A DNA stretch of 64,000 nucleotides from Gracilinanus agilis (taxonomy: Eukaryota): positions 70,102,587 to 70,166,586 of the forward strand of contig NC_058132.1 of NCBI RefSeq assembly GCF_016433145.1. The letters are read 5' to 3'. The position numbers were made by a program, and so were the translations under genes. The notes under the pieces were generated by a model. The model searched no databases and was not told where the DNA came from. It was given only the letters and a program-made list of their open reading frames with translations. This document shows positions 38,172 through 51,769 of the stretch, piece after piece (the first letter of the stretch is position 1; every line of letters starts with the position of its first letter).

Positions 38172-40864
38172 AAGACTTAACCATAGCCAACACAATTTGA
38201 AAACAAAAGTTTTCTTTGGAATTAAAAAAATCCCTTAAATATGATTGGGTAGAATATACATATACCAGTATTTTTTAGAGTTTGGGAATATCCAAATATC
38301 TGCATAAGAGAACAATGACTAAAAATACTTAAATTGTAAGTTCCTTGGAGTTAGATCTATTGTGTCGTTTCTGACCTTTATGCCTAGAGCACTTACTTAG
38401 TAAGCACTTAATCTATCTATTCAATTAAATTGTTTGTCTAATTCATTGCAAGAATTTAACATCTACAGGTCCTGAAGACCTAAGACAAAGATGCTACTTT
38501 TGTCAATAAGTGCACAGATGTGTGTATTATTTAGCCCACACTGACATAACAGTTTACAAGGCACTTTTCTCCAAACAAGCTTGCAAAGTAGGTAATAGTA
38601 GTACTGTGATTCCTGCTTCAAAAATGAGGAAACTTAGACTGGCTAATTTGGTTCCATGCAGACTGGTAACAAAATATACCAAGATCTTTGGATCCCAAGA
38701 AAATGTGCATACATTTAACAATGGGCTGGCAAAGCAGATGTTAACCCATTTCTTTCCTTCACCTCTATCCACAAACTGCTTTTGTCAACATGCAGTAATT
38801 GTGAGGCAGAGGAAAAAGACAACTTCATCAAAATAGAACTTGGTACGGGTTCTCCTATGATTAAGAAATAAATTAAGATCACAAAACTCTAGCTGACCTG
38901 ATTACAATAAAATCTATTGGACTGCACTCCTAAAACAATATGAGAAGGTCATGTTTGTACCTTCTCAAGGTATTAGATTTTGCCACAGGCTTTCTCTGGA
39001 ACTTGTCCATAGAAACAAGGGTGGCTACTTTCTAGATGGAGACTTTGTTACCAGCAGAATAATGCAATGAATTTGGAGTCCGAACATCTGAGTTCAAAAC
39101 CTGGAACTGATACTTACCACCTGTGTGACCTTGGACAATTCACTTAACTTCTTCCATGACTCACTTTCCTCATTTGTAAAATAAGGCAGTTGAATTAAAT
39201 GACTTCTAACATCCTTTTACTTTTAAGTCTATGATCCCAGTTTGAATTGCTTATCAATAAACATTTTTATACACGTGTTTGAAAAGTCTGAATGTGAATG
39301 AGGGAAAGTAATTTCAAATCGAAATATTCTGAAATTCATTTGTTGGTAATATCAGTGGAATAATTTATAACTCTACAACAGACAAACTGGACAACTATTA
39401 TCAGATATTATGTTGCCGTTATGAATAAACAATGGAGATATATTGGTTACATAACATATTTGTAGTTGGGGAGCCTCACAATACCAGGAGAAGAGCCCTG
39501 AAGAATCTAAACCAAGCACATAATGTGGTCACCTGCACTTAGAATATGATTATGCTTATCAGGGAATGCCTTTTTATTGACAACACACAAATCAAGACAT
39601 TACCTTCAGATCTGAGATAGTATAAATAGCCCAAATGTTAAAATCTGCACACTCAAGGGATTATACAAATATCATGAAAATGTAAATTTTGGGGTTTTTG
39701 ACACACAGGAAAGTCTGTTCCAAAGTTGGAAATAAACTATAGCTCATCCAAGGTGAAAAAGGATGGAGTTTGCTGCTCAACAAGATTCTGCTTGCAGATG
39801 TTTGGACTACACAAGATCACTTTGATTTCTCTTGAGTGAGGATGGATGTGGCAATGGCCTGTGGGCCAGCTATCTGAGGCCTGGCTGAGCTGAGTTCAGA
39901 AGCTCAATGCCAGAAAGTTGGCCACTAAATGATGAAGCAGGGAAAGCCTGCAATCTCCACACACAGTATGCCCACACTTATAGAATCAACAAGTTTTAAA
40001 ATACCAGGGATATTTACTGGAATTCTTTCCCCCTAACTTTGCTACTCAATTAGTTATAGACTTTTTAGAATTTGTTGGTAACTCCTCAAATTACTTCAAA
40101 CTGTGCTTATTTATACGTGAGATTCAGAATATCACAGTATACACACAGAAGCTCATCCTTGTTCTAATATAGGTGAACCTAAAGGACTCTTAAGGTCATA
40201 ATATGCAGACCTGAAATCCCACATACACCTGCCATATGAATGAGAAATGTGTGTGGGAAGCTTGAGAATCAAAGCAAATGAAGGATGTGAAACAATATGT
40301 AAGAGAGAGAAAGGGGGTGGGGAGAGCCAGAGCGAGCCAGAGAAGGAGAGAGATGAGAATAGGAGAGAGAAGAGAGGAGAGAAAAAGAGAGAGAAAGAGA
40401 CAGACAGACACAGAGAACCCTCTCTACACAGACCCCTTGAAGTGCTTGAGAGGTGATGCCAGGTGTACAGAGAGGGCTGGACTCATCCCCAGGAGAGACG
40501 TGGGTTTCCATGGGACCCCTGGGGCTTACCAGCTGTGTGACAGTGGTGGCCACTCAGCCTCTCCAGACTCCAACCTTTGGTTTCCTCAGCTGTCAAATAA
40601 GCTACCTCTTGAAGCTGTCATGTCACTGACAATGAGACAATGCATGTAAAATGATGGGGAAACCTTAATATACTACTGGAACATCAGCTTCAATGAGCCT
40701 CACTTTGTGCTGCTACAACTTTATGCTATTACACTCATATGCTCATATTATCAAGTAAATAACTTGGGATCCAGTATTTATTCTAGAATTATCCCAATCT
40801 ATCTCCTTTGATTGGAACACCCACCCATAGAAGAATACTATGGTGACAAGGAAATCCCTTATTT

Positions 40865-41100
40865 TAAGAGAGCTGGCATGGAACAGAGAACAGAACTATC
40901 CTTACTTAGTTAGGAAGATGTGGGCTCAAGTTCCACCTCTGAAATATATGGGTTGTGTGACCCTGGGCAAGTCACTTACCCTCTCGAGGCCCCAGGCAAC
41001 TCTCTAAGACTAGAAGTTGCAGAACAGGTGTCGATCTGCATTGGTAGAGGACGTTCCTCCCCAGGAGTTCCCCTACACCAATAAAATCACAGGTTTGAAC
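40865..41100 (+). mobile_element. CORE SINE, MIR3/Ther-2-like
   Basis: CORE followed by gcaactctctaagact...gatctgcattggtagagg...caataaaatcacagg; related copies at ~33050-33250 and ~43370-43540. Confidence 0.7.
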
Positions 41101-41840
41101 CAAAAATGAAAATATTCTAAGAATGACTTTACTCTAAGAGGACACATGCCCACACATGTAAGTAAAATTCAAAAGAGAGGGAACTAGAGATTATAATGGA
41201 ACAGTAATTCTATATTAGACTCCTTTATGAAGAAAATGCTCTGGAACAGAGGGAAAGCAGAACTAAAACTCAAAAGCAGAGTTGGGATGGACTGATCTTG
41301 ACCTCCCAAAGCCAACAAGGGACCTGATAAAATTTAGAAGAGGAGATCTACACAAGTGGCTTTTGGGGGAAGAACTTCTAAGACTCACTTCTGAGTGAGT
41401 CTTAGCTATTCCATCTTCTAAGACTCATCTCTGATGTCTAACCCTAAAAAGGAAGCACCAACAACAATGTGGGGTATAACTGGGGCTCCCCAACACCAGC
41501 AGAAAAGAAAATCCTATGGGAGAGGATTAGCATATAGACCCATGCTATACCCAAGTACTGGTGTAAGGTCTGCAAAGAATTGCATGTCTAGCTCCTTGGA
41601 AACCATGTAGGCAACAACCACTTAGTACAAAGATTTTCAGAAGGGGCAATTAAAGATTCTTACCCAGAAAGCCATGATCCCCTCCATCCATATACATGCT
41701 TGGAGACATTATCAGCCTATGCTGGATTCTCTAATATACATCTGGACTACACCTAGACTATGCCCTACTCAGAAAACATTTGGTTGTAAGAACAAATCTA
41801 TGTCTTCCTGTTTTATGATTTAGAAGTAGAAAACAGAAAA

Positions 41841-42061
41841 ATTTTTTAATGTTTTATTTTTATTTTTTTTAACCCTTACTTTCCGTCTTGGAGTCAATAC
41901 TGTGTACTAGTTCCAAGGCAGAAGAGTGGTAAAGGTAGGCAATGGGGGTCAAGTGACTTGCCCAGGGTCACACAGCTGAGAGGTGTATAAGGTCATATTT
42001 GAACCCAGGACCTCCCTTCTCTAGGCCTGGCTCTCAATCCACTGAGCTACCCAGCTGCCCC
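41841..42061 (-). mobile_element. SINE1_Mdo-like SINE, 12-bp TSD
   Basis: agaaaacagaaa at 41828-41839 and 42062-42073. Confidence 0.9.
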
Positions 42062-44203
42062 AGAAAACAGAAATAACACAGGCAAAGCCAGAGAACCCAA
42101 GGCAAGGTTGGTTGCTGAAGCCTAGCCTTCTTTGTGTAAGAACAAGGGAGTCAAGAATGGTGGTGGAAAGAAGAGAGTGCTAAGCAAAAGATAGCCAGGT
42201 GCATGGTTCCATGAGCAAAAGCCAGAGAGATTTCAATGTGAGCATAAAGAGCTTATTAATCAATTGAGATGAATATAAATAATAATGATAAATGTAAAAT
42301 GCAGTGCTCAGCATGTGATTACATGTGATTATTCCTTTAAATTGGACAGACCTGCTGACTAATCAAACTAGTGGGATGAGCTAAAATGTAAAATCAGATG
42401 AACAAATGAGTTATCCGGCTAAACAGTCTCCTTCTATCCATACACATTAAAGAAAACCAGTGGGTCTTCCGCCTGGCCATAGGAGTCCATGAATTATGCA
42501 CAAGGGGCGATCTTCCACCCAAATGAACTCATCTTTTTACTCTTCTACTCTCATTACTGATTTGCTGTTCAGAATGCTTCCTCATTAGATGGAAAGAGCC
42601 TGATTGATGGTTTCAAAAGTTAGGCATGCAGGGAGTTAGAGGAAGTAATAGAGTTAGATATCCATTCTGCAAGTTCCTTCTCTGGGTCTCCATTTCCTCA
42701 CATAGAAAACAAGTTGGCCAGACCAGATTAATTGCTAAGGGCTCTTCCAGCTCTAAAAGTACTGATTTTTCATCTCCAAACTGTACTTTTCATTCAAGTT
42801 CTAAAGTTATATTTCCAGCTCCCCAAAGGGCAAGCCTTATGCATAGGCAGAAGAGACAAATCACTGTACAATGGCACTGGGTAAGGGGAAAAGCCCCTTA
42901 CTCAAAAACAACTTGTTTCACAGGCATCACTGGATTTGTAAAGATGACTAATGACCATCTAGACTTTTCTGGGAACAGGGGTGGTGGGGAAAATACATAA
43001 AACAAACAAAATAAGCCTTCCTACTTTGTGCCAATTATCTATCCCTAGGAGATTATGTATCCTCCATTTGAAAAAATTTTGGATTAAAAAAATAATGCAA
43101 TGATGATAGGGTGTTCATGAACTGATATTTGGCCTTCACTTGCTCAAAAATGTTTTCCTATAAGCTCTATAACAGGAAGATATTTATGTAAATCTATTGA
43201 GGTCAGTTGAGACAGTGGCCACCTTATAATCAGGAGCATTCTCCTGTATTCCTACAGCACTTTATAAGCACTTTTGTCTACATATGTTAATCATCACAAC
43301 AACCTTGTAGGTTGGTTGGCCAGGTATTATTTCCCTCATTTTATAAATGAGTTGAGACTATATGACAGAGTGTATAGAACTGGCCTAGGTGTCAGGAAAG
43401 GTTCAAATCCCACCTCTTACATATATATTGTGAAACCCTGGGCAAGTCTCATAGACATTTTAATTGCAGAGGAGATTTTAGCTCTGATTTTAGTAGAGGG
43501 AACTGCTTACTATGCTGATGAAATCACAGAACCAGTTCATCACAAAAGGGGGGGGGGGGGAAGGGAAGAAACACAAAGAGCCTGAGGCTCAGAAAGGTTT
43601 GGTAATTTGCCCCAAGTCTTACCCAACCAGTAAGTGGGAAAACTAGGAATGGAAGTCAGGCCCTCTGTTTTCCAACCCTGGTTCCTTGTACTGAACCAGG
43701 CTGCCTCTTCCCTGAAAGCTTAACCTCTTAACAGTGCAATACAACTTCCCAGAAGGCCTCGTAGTTTGGCCTTTGCATCATTACAAATTAACATCCTTAT
43801 GTAAGTAAATCTTGTTAACTGTTTACACAAAAAATTACTTCATTTGCAGAAGAGCCAATAACTGAAGAGCCAGAAAAAATTGACTGAGCTCTCAAAAGAA
43901 TTATAAATATTCTCCGGAATACCCTTACCAATAACTAAAAATGCATACGAGATGGAATTCTTTAAACTACTAAGACAATCATACCATTTGCCCATGAGAT
44001 ATTCTTTAAGTAAATCTTTTTTTAGAGCCAGAATATGAATGGCATTTAGGTAAGGAAAAATCAGTTAAATACTCAAGTCTCACAGTCCTTATAGAAAGAC
44101 AGACCAAATGTGCAGTGTCAAACTTGGTGAGTATACTTTAACTTGGATTGAAGTCTTTACAGAAACAGAAATGGGAGAGGACACAAATCTTTAAGGGCTA
44201 AAT

Positions 44204-44397
44204 CAGTGATTCCCAAAGTGGGCGCTACCGCTCCCTGATGGGTGCTGCAGTGATCCAGGGGAGCAGTGATGGCCACAGGTGCATTTATCTTTCCTATTAG
44301 TTGCTATTAAAATTTAAAAAAAAATTAATTTCCAGGGGTTTAAGTAATATTTTTTCTAGAAAGGGGGCGGTAGGCCAAAAAAGTTTGGGAACCACTG
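44204..44397. mobile_element. Intact 194-bp hAT MITE
   Basis: TIRs CAGTGATTCCCAAA / TTTGGGAACCACTG (13/14 inverted match); 8-bp TSD ggctaaat / tgctaaat. Confidence 0.9.
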
Positions 44398-45823
44398 TGC
44401 TAAATTATTCTCTGGTGGCTAACAGAGAATTATTTACCCCTTGGGGTAGAGGAAACTGATTTGCTACTGGTAGGTTAGACTCACAGTCTTATATGGGTCA
44501 CAAAGTAATCTGCACTTTGTCCTTATTGGCACTTCTCAACAACACTTGGTTGAGGTAGGTAGGTAAAGTCCTATCATATAGCTCTTACCACTCTTGTGTC
44601 TTAGAAATGATTCTAAGACAGAAGGTAAGTTTTTAAAATTTAAAGAAGGGCAGATAGGAAGCAGAAGTAGATAGAGAACCAGGTTTAGAGACAGAAGGTC
44701 TTGGGTTCAAACCTGGCCTCAGACACTTCCTAGCTATGTGATCCTGAGCAAGTCACTTAACCGGGATTGCCTAGACCTTACCACTCTTTTGCCTTGGAAC
44801 TGATACAAAGATAGAAGGTAAGAGAAAAAAAAAATGTTCTATCATGTGCATTTTACAAATGAAGAAATAGGCTCAGCAAGATTAACACTTGTTACAGGTC
44901 ACACATTTACTAAATGGCATCACTAGGATTTGCCCTTGGACTTTCTGACTTGATATCCTGTTTGTCCTCTACACTATTCCATCTTTGGGCTGGATCCAGC
45001 CTTTGGGTCTTAGTTGCCATGCAAGTTTGCATTTGTTGACAAATTGATTACACGCATTCTTAATACAGGTGCCCAGCAAATATATTATTGGTCACAAGAG
45101 GGTCAGGCAAAAGGCCATCAGATCTTTTCAGAAGAAAAATAATCACCAATATTAAAGGAAAAACAATTCAATGCAAATATCCTATTTGATAGTTCACATT
45201 ATTTTTATATGTAGAAGTCAGTGCATTCATTCAAAATTCTAACCACCAAAGGAATTGTGTGGTTTCTACAAGCAGTTGGTCTTATAGTCCCTTTGGACCA
45301 ATGACTAACAAAACCACCCAGACTGAAACTTGGTAACATAGGAAACACTATAATGTCTTAAATTTCATCATTATAATAGCATAAACATACTCTCAAGTAA
45401 TTTTGATGCTGCTAACTCATGTGAACTTTGGCCCATCTCTTTTGCTTTCTGAGATGTCTATTTCCCTAATTATAAAAGGAAGTTAGTCTAAATAATTTTT
45501 AAAGTCCCTTCATATTTAATATTCTGTGCTTTACTTAATGTTTACTTTATTTATATTTAACATTTTAAGCTTAAATATTCTATGATTCTAATAGTGTTGT
45601 ATGTTCAATTCCTATTATTTCAAAGAGCTGGTTATGGAATTTTCCTACATCTTTGTTTCAGGAGGAAAAAAATGGCATTACAACCAAGTTTAGAAGGGAC
45701 AGGGTGGTGCCTAGCCTACTTGGAAAGGACCCTTCAAAAGCTGGTAAGAATCTAAGGAAAGGGTCACATATGAATGCTACTATGCCATCTCAGAAACCAG
45801 CAAAAGTCACACAAAGCACCCAC

Positions 45824-45989
45824 CTTAACTGTGCCATCATCGCTGCCAGTGCAGACTAGCTGGGGGCCCCTCCGGGCAGGGTAACAGGAATTCACAAAGG
45901 AAGTGTGCCCCTTCAGCCTCTTAATTCTCTCTCCAGTCTCACTATCCCACACAGCAACAGTCTTATCTGTGGAAGCTGAGAAGAGCATA
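45824..45989 (-). CDS. SNRNP40: SNRNP40 exon 4 (SMLFSASTDKTVAVWDSETGERIKRLKGHTSFVNSCYPARRGPQLVCTGSDDGTVK)
   Basis: Inside ORF 45764..46030; long pyrimidine tract + CAG acceptor, donor AAG|GTGGGT; 166 nt. Confidence 0.98.
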
Positions 45990-46063
45990 CTGAAGGATGG
46001 AAGACAAGAGAGAAAAGAAAAGAAAAACAAGGAGAAAGGTTTAGGTTAAAAAGACATTAAATG

Positions 46064-46271
46064 TGGGGCAGCTAGGTGGCTCAGTGGATTGAGAGCCAGA
46101 CCTAGAGAAGGGAGTTCCTAGGTTCAAATCTGGCCTACCAAATCAAATCACACTTCCTAGTTGTGTGACCTTGGCAAGTCACTCAACCCCCATTGCCTAG
46201 CCCTTATGGCTCTTCTGCATTGGAACCAACATATACTATTGATTCTAAGAAGAAAGGTAAGGGTTTAAAAA
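46064..46271 (+). mobile_element. SINE1_Mdo-like SINE, 16-bp TSD
   Basis: aaaaagacattaaatg at 46048-46063 and 46272-46287. Confidence 0.92.
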
Positions 46272-46869
46272 AAAAAGACATTAAATGATTTTATTCTGTC
46301 CATTTGCCAGCCCTGTATAGCAAGCAGTACAATAAATTATAAAATATTTAAAATATAATACTACTAGATAGTAGTTGGTCTGAAAAAGCTCGGAGGTGGG
46401 GTGGGATGGGGAAGGAGGTTGAGTGGAGCCTAAGCTTAACAAGTTAACAATGTGACAAAGCAGCTTAAATATCTACTTCTATCTTTGGCAAAAGGAAGAC
46501 ACGTGGAACGTCCAGAACTAGGGAGGCAATAATCCTGCCAAATTTTCTCTTTAGATATTAGGTGTCTGTTTGGTTCTATGCTGAAGAAGGACACCGATAA
46601 TCTAGCAAGCATCCAGAGGACAGCCAGGATGCCAAATGTAGATGATAAAGTGGAAAAAACAGGAGCTCTGGAGGAAGAGGCCCCAGATTCAAATCCTACA
46701 GCTTAATGCGTATACATCTGTGATCTTGGACAAATCAATCATTCCTCCTAATTAGGCTTTAGTTACCTCACTTGAAAAATGAGGGAGGTTGGACTAGATG
46801 TCCTCTGAGGACCCATCACACTCTGTATCTGCAGTTCTATGATTCTTGAGATCATAGCTGAAGGACCAA

Positions 46870-47240
46870 GGATATTTATTTTGGAGAAGATGTGGGAGGG
46901 GTACAATGGGAGCACATGATAGCAGTATTCAAAAACTTCCAGAGCTGTCATGTATAAAAGAGACTAAACTTGTTCTTCTTGGCTACAGGAGGCAGAATTA
47001 GGAGCAATGGGAAGAAGTTGCAGGAGGGAGATTTCAAGTTCATGTAAGGCAAAACTTCCCAACAATCAGAGTTGTCCCAAATCAGAATGGATTCTTTGGG
47101 AGCAGTGGGCTCCCCTTCACTAAAACCCTTCAAGGAAAGACAATGACCAAACTTGTTGGAGATCCTGTAAAAAGGTCCTTGTTTAGTTACTCTGGACTAA
47201 ATGGTTTCTGACATTCTTTCCAATGCTGAAGTCTGTGCCC
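46870..47240 (+). mobile_element. L3/CR1 3' end
   Basis: catgatagcagtattcaaa...ggcagaattaggagcaatggg...ctccccttcact match the L3 3' consensus. Confidence 0.8.
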
Positions 47241-48574
47241 TGAAAATGCTTTCCAGACTGAAATACGCACAGGGATGGGTCTGTGGTTTCCTTATTACAG
47301 CTACAACCCTCCACTGATGTAGACCTTCCATACTTTCTCATTCTTGTCTTTCCATTATGCCTACAGATAATACATCCCAACAGGTTACATGCCTTCCTCT
47401 GATTGTTTAAATATCTGGAGGGCAAGCAGTGGTCCAATCTATTGTTGTGCATTTTTGTTGTATGACAGGTACACCCATCATATCTATTTTTCCTTTCTTT
47501 TTTAAAACCTTACCTTTCATCTTAGAATCAATACTGCATATTGGTTCCAGAGCAGAAGAGTGGTAAGGACTAGGCAATATAGATTAAGAGACCTGCTCAG
47601 TGTCACACAGCTAGAAAGTGTCTGAGGTCACATTAGAACCCAGGACCTCCCTTCTCTAGGCCTGACTCTCTAGCCACTGAGCCACCTAGCTGCCCCACCA
47701 TATTTTTCATATGACTTTTATGTATATTAGCACTGCAATTATACTAAAGTCTTAGGTATAAAATCCATGTTTCCAGTGCCCTTTGGGTTGCTTGTCATTT
47801 TCATCCTTCTAAGATCATGATTGCTCCTTGAATAACATCTATATAGTATTAACAGAAAACTATCACTGCTAAAGAGATGAGTTTTTGTGGCAGAAAAGTT
47901 TGGAATCATTGAAAACATTGTACAATTTCCCAATGCCATCTTCTTCTCCTAATCAATTTTGAAGCAAAATATTGTGTTTGCACATCACCATCTAAACCAC
48001 ATGATTGTTTTCCTCCACTTTGTTTTTATTAAATATTTAGTTACACTAATCCTTGGTATGGTATTTCTACTATATATAGAACTACATTTGGTAGGTTCAA
48101 GTTTTAGTGCCACTTCTTACTACCTCTGTGATTTTGGGCACGTTAACTCCCTTCAGTGGCCCTCAGTTTCCAAATCTTCAGAAGGTAAGGGTTGGATAAG
48201 TTTTCCAAGATCCTTTCCAACTCTACATCAATGATCCCATGACCCTTTCATACTACTATGTATTGAGTTTTGTAATGGTGCAGAGTTTGATACAATTAAT
48301 AGCAATATCTACCTCAAATAGGAACAGCTATTTAGACTCTGTCCAGGGTACCTTCCATTGTTCTAGCAACTATCTCAAATGAACATGTATCCTGGTCAAC
48401 TTGATGCCAATATTTGGCACATTAAACAAAATTATTTTCAAATGGCTATATTTGTCATACAGTTATATGATGTTACAGTGTGTGTGTGTAAGACATTTTG
48501 TAGAACCTTTAAGGTAGCTTTTTTTCTAAGTCAAATACTTGAAAAAAAATTAAAATGTTCGGTGGTGCTATATA

Positions 48575-49263
48575 CAGTCGTCTCTTGCTATATGTTCACT
48601 TATCATGGCTTTACCATATTGCAGGTTTTTAAAAAAGTATATATCTAATTCTGTATTGCAGTTTTTACTATATCACAGGATTTTGTGGATGAATACCTAA
48701 CTGTACACAAAGGAATGCAGTGTGCCACTACCGCTTACACAGGCTGAGATTGTACATTGCATACTACTGGCTGATGGAACGAAAGGCGACCAACCACAGA
48801 GCTATGTTCTGTATCCTGGGTGCCGATTGGCTCAATGACTATAGCACTGGTCTGTTTACTCTCCCATACTGTGTTCATACATTCTGCGGAGGGTGAAGAT
48901 ATTGCACCACCTGATGAAGCACCTGATGTAGTGGTGACTTCAGAGCTAAATAATTCATGATCTTCATCATTCAAGTTATGGTATAGTACTTCAATGGTAT
49001 GTACCCATATAGAACTTTATATGCTGTTAAAATTACATAGGTTTAAGAGTGTAGAAAGGGTTTAAGAGCATATGAGTTGTTTATAAAAGTGTGGGAAAGG
49101 TTAATAAGAATGTGGAAAAAAGCTTATAGGACAGTGGGATGGGTTTATTAAGCCTCAAAATATATATAAATAATAAAATAAATATAATGTCACTATTTCA
49201 TGGATTTTCACATATCACAGGGATCTCTGGAATGTAACTCCTGCAATAGGTGAGCAATCACTG
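48575..49263. mobile_element. Tigger/pogo-like non-autonomous DNA transposon
   Basis: TA|CAGTCGTCTC...GCAATCACTG|TA: CAGT/ACTG termini, TA target duplication, imperfect TIRs. Confidence 0.75.
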
Positions 49264-50949
49264 TACTTGATTTTCATGAAGGATTAACTCTATGTGTATA
49301 TATACTACTCTAACAGATCCATTGTAAAGGAAAGAAGAGAAAGCAGATGCATGAGTCCAGTAGCTGATGTCTTCTCATTTATTGGTTTAGGTGATCTTTT
49401 CTATTTTTAAAAACATCCTTTGAGATTCCTTGGAAAAACTCCTTCTTGAATGCCTTTAGAACTGCAATGCCTCCAGCATAGGGGTGCTGTGCATGTCTTT
49501 AGTCGGGTCCATATATTCTTCAATGATATCTTCTTAAATACCCTCACCATCTCTTCATATGGTAGTTAACTACAGGCACTGACTGAGGAATCAGGAGTCT
49601 AAATGAGCACCTCCCCCATCTTGGCCCTTGAGAGAGACCCATTGTAAAAACAATGATAAATAAATTCCACCTTCTCTGGTTTTATCTAAAAATACTCTTG
49701 GGATGATCTGATAGCTGGACCTCACACAAAGATCTCTATGGGGTTGTTTTCTTAAATCCTCTTCGATGTTTTAAAATATGATATGGTTCATAATATTCCA
49801 TAATTCTTTGTCATAATATTTTATTAAAAGCTTTAAGTCTAAGTTGCCTTTGGTTGTCAAGTTTCAGGCAGCTGAAGTAATTTGGTTTTTTTTCTTGAAA
49901 CATTTATTATCAGTTAAACTTCTCTAAAAAAAAAAGTGACAAGCAGACAACATCTCATTTTTCAGAATGGGCAGTTTGTTTAAACAGTTCAGGACAGAGC
50001 TAATGTAACCTATACGTTGTCTTCTCTTGGTCTTAATTTCTCCCCATCTGGCATTTAATTTAAACTGTTCCTCAAACCAATTGATGGTCTAAGTGGACAC
50101 TAATTAAGGATTCAGAAATAATGAAGTTTATGTTCAGTTGTTTCCTATTAAAATATACTCCATTTTATTTAACAATATTATCCAGTGCTTGCCACATGCA
50201 GCACTTAACTTGTTCTTGAATAATGCAAATACCTACTTTTAGACTAAAACTTTAGCTACTTGAATTCTGTGATCCCAAACCATCTTTCCAGCAAAGACTG
50301 TACCATCTATCTCCATGCCTACAACTTACTTAAATGAAGGACAAGATAAAGTCTTCCATGTTATTATATTCTTTGCGAATGAGGCCGGAAGATAATAAGA
50401 AGCAATTTTCTTTTGGTCTGTTTGTTATGTTCACAGCAGGCAAACTGATATCCTATGAAGTGGTGATTCTTCTCAGCTTTGAGAACAGAAAGACACCAGT
50501 TCTGATCAACTTTTACCATCTATGCAAGGAGAATCTGTAAACCATGATGGTTCCCACTTAGAGATACCGTCTTTATATCTTCTGGTTTCATTTCAAATGA
50601 ATGTCAAGATAGATGTAGTTCAGCTAATCACATTGCATCAACTCGGGGATCACTGGGCAGAGTCAGCAAAGTTAAAGTTTATAAAAGTTAGGGGCAGCTA
50701 GGTAGCACCAGGCCTAGAGTCAGGAGGACCAAAGTTCAAATTTGGCCTCAGACACTTTCTACCTGTGTGACCTTGGGCAAGGCATTTGACCCAACTACCT
50801 AAGCCATTGTCCTTTTGTCTTAGAATTGATACTAAGACTGAAGGTAAGGGTTTAAAAGAAAAAAAGTTTACCAAAGGTCTAATAAGGATGTGTTTCTAGT
50901 ATCCTTTCACCATTTTCTGTTGATCTGCCATAATCATTACAGATATAAT

Positions 50950-51240
50950 GGAAGAGAGCTGCACAATACAAGACCATTTTAAATTTTTGATTCATGGACA
51001 GTTATTATATCAGCTTGGTCTACTATCCATGAGCAATTAATATTTTTCCAATTGTTTAGATCTGGCTTTGTGTGAAGTGTTTTATAATTGTGTTCTTATA
51101 ATTCCTGTTTTTGTCTTGGCAAGTAGATTTGAAGGTATTCCATATTGTTTAGAGTTATTTTAAATGGAATTTCTCTATCTCCTGCTGCTGGACTTTTTTG
51201 GTAATATATAGAAAATACTGATGATTTATGTAGATTCTGA
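50950..51240 (-). mobile_element. L1 ORF2 internal fragment
   Basis: tatccatgagcaattaatatttttccaattgtttagatct...gttattttaaatggaatttct resembles antisense L1 ORF2. Confidence 0.75.
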
Positions 51241-51675
51241 ACAGCTACTGGCCAAAAAAGGACAAATCCATCATTTTATAGCCAATAGTCTAGTGATGAG
51301 CATTTCCATTAATCAGGCTAATTCTTGGAACATAGGCATGTAGCCTGGAGTCAGTACCATACTAGAGAGAATCTGTCAGAGCTTCTCTACTAGTATATCC
51401 CTCAAGACTCCAGGATCTCTTGCAGATCAAATTGGGGCACAGAAGGACTTCTGTGAGTATCAGTTGAAAAAATAATGGTAGAGAGGCTAAGTGAGTGACT
51501 CAACATATTTTAAAGCTTTAAAAGAGTCTAAAAGAGTTGAAAAGAGGGTGATAAATAAGAGAACAATAGCTTGGACAGTAGGGTCTCTATACATTAGAGA
51601 CATGATGAATTAGCAAGAGAGCATGAGAAGAGCTAATGCTAAACAAGCAATTATTCTTCTAATACTGATCCTTAC

Positions 51676-51769
51676 CTCCCGTCTGTATTATAATGCAACT
51701 CCATGACTGCCCCACTGTGTCCTTTCAGGGTGGCATAGTTATCACAATCACCATACACATTCCACAGCA
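51676..51769 (-). CDS. SNRNP40: SNRNP40 exon 3 (LLWNVYGDCDNYATLKGHSGAVMELHYNTDG)
   Basis: Manual translation; acceptor TTCCTTCACAG|, donor AG|GTAAGG; 94 nt. Confidence 0.97.

Noticed and set aside
40196-40649. Several overlapping 70-120-aa ORFs (also 56249-56560)
   Set aside because: Produced by GA/TG simple repeats that lack stop codons.
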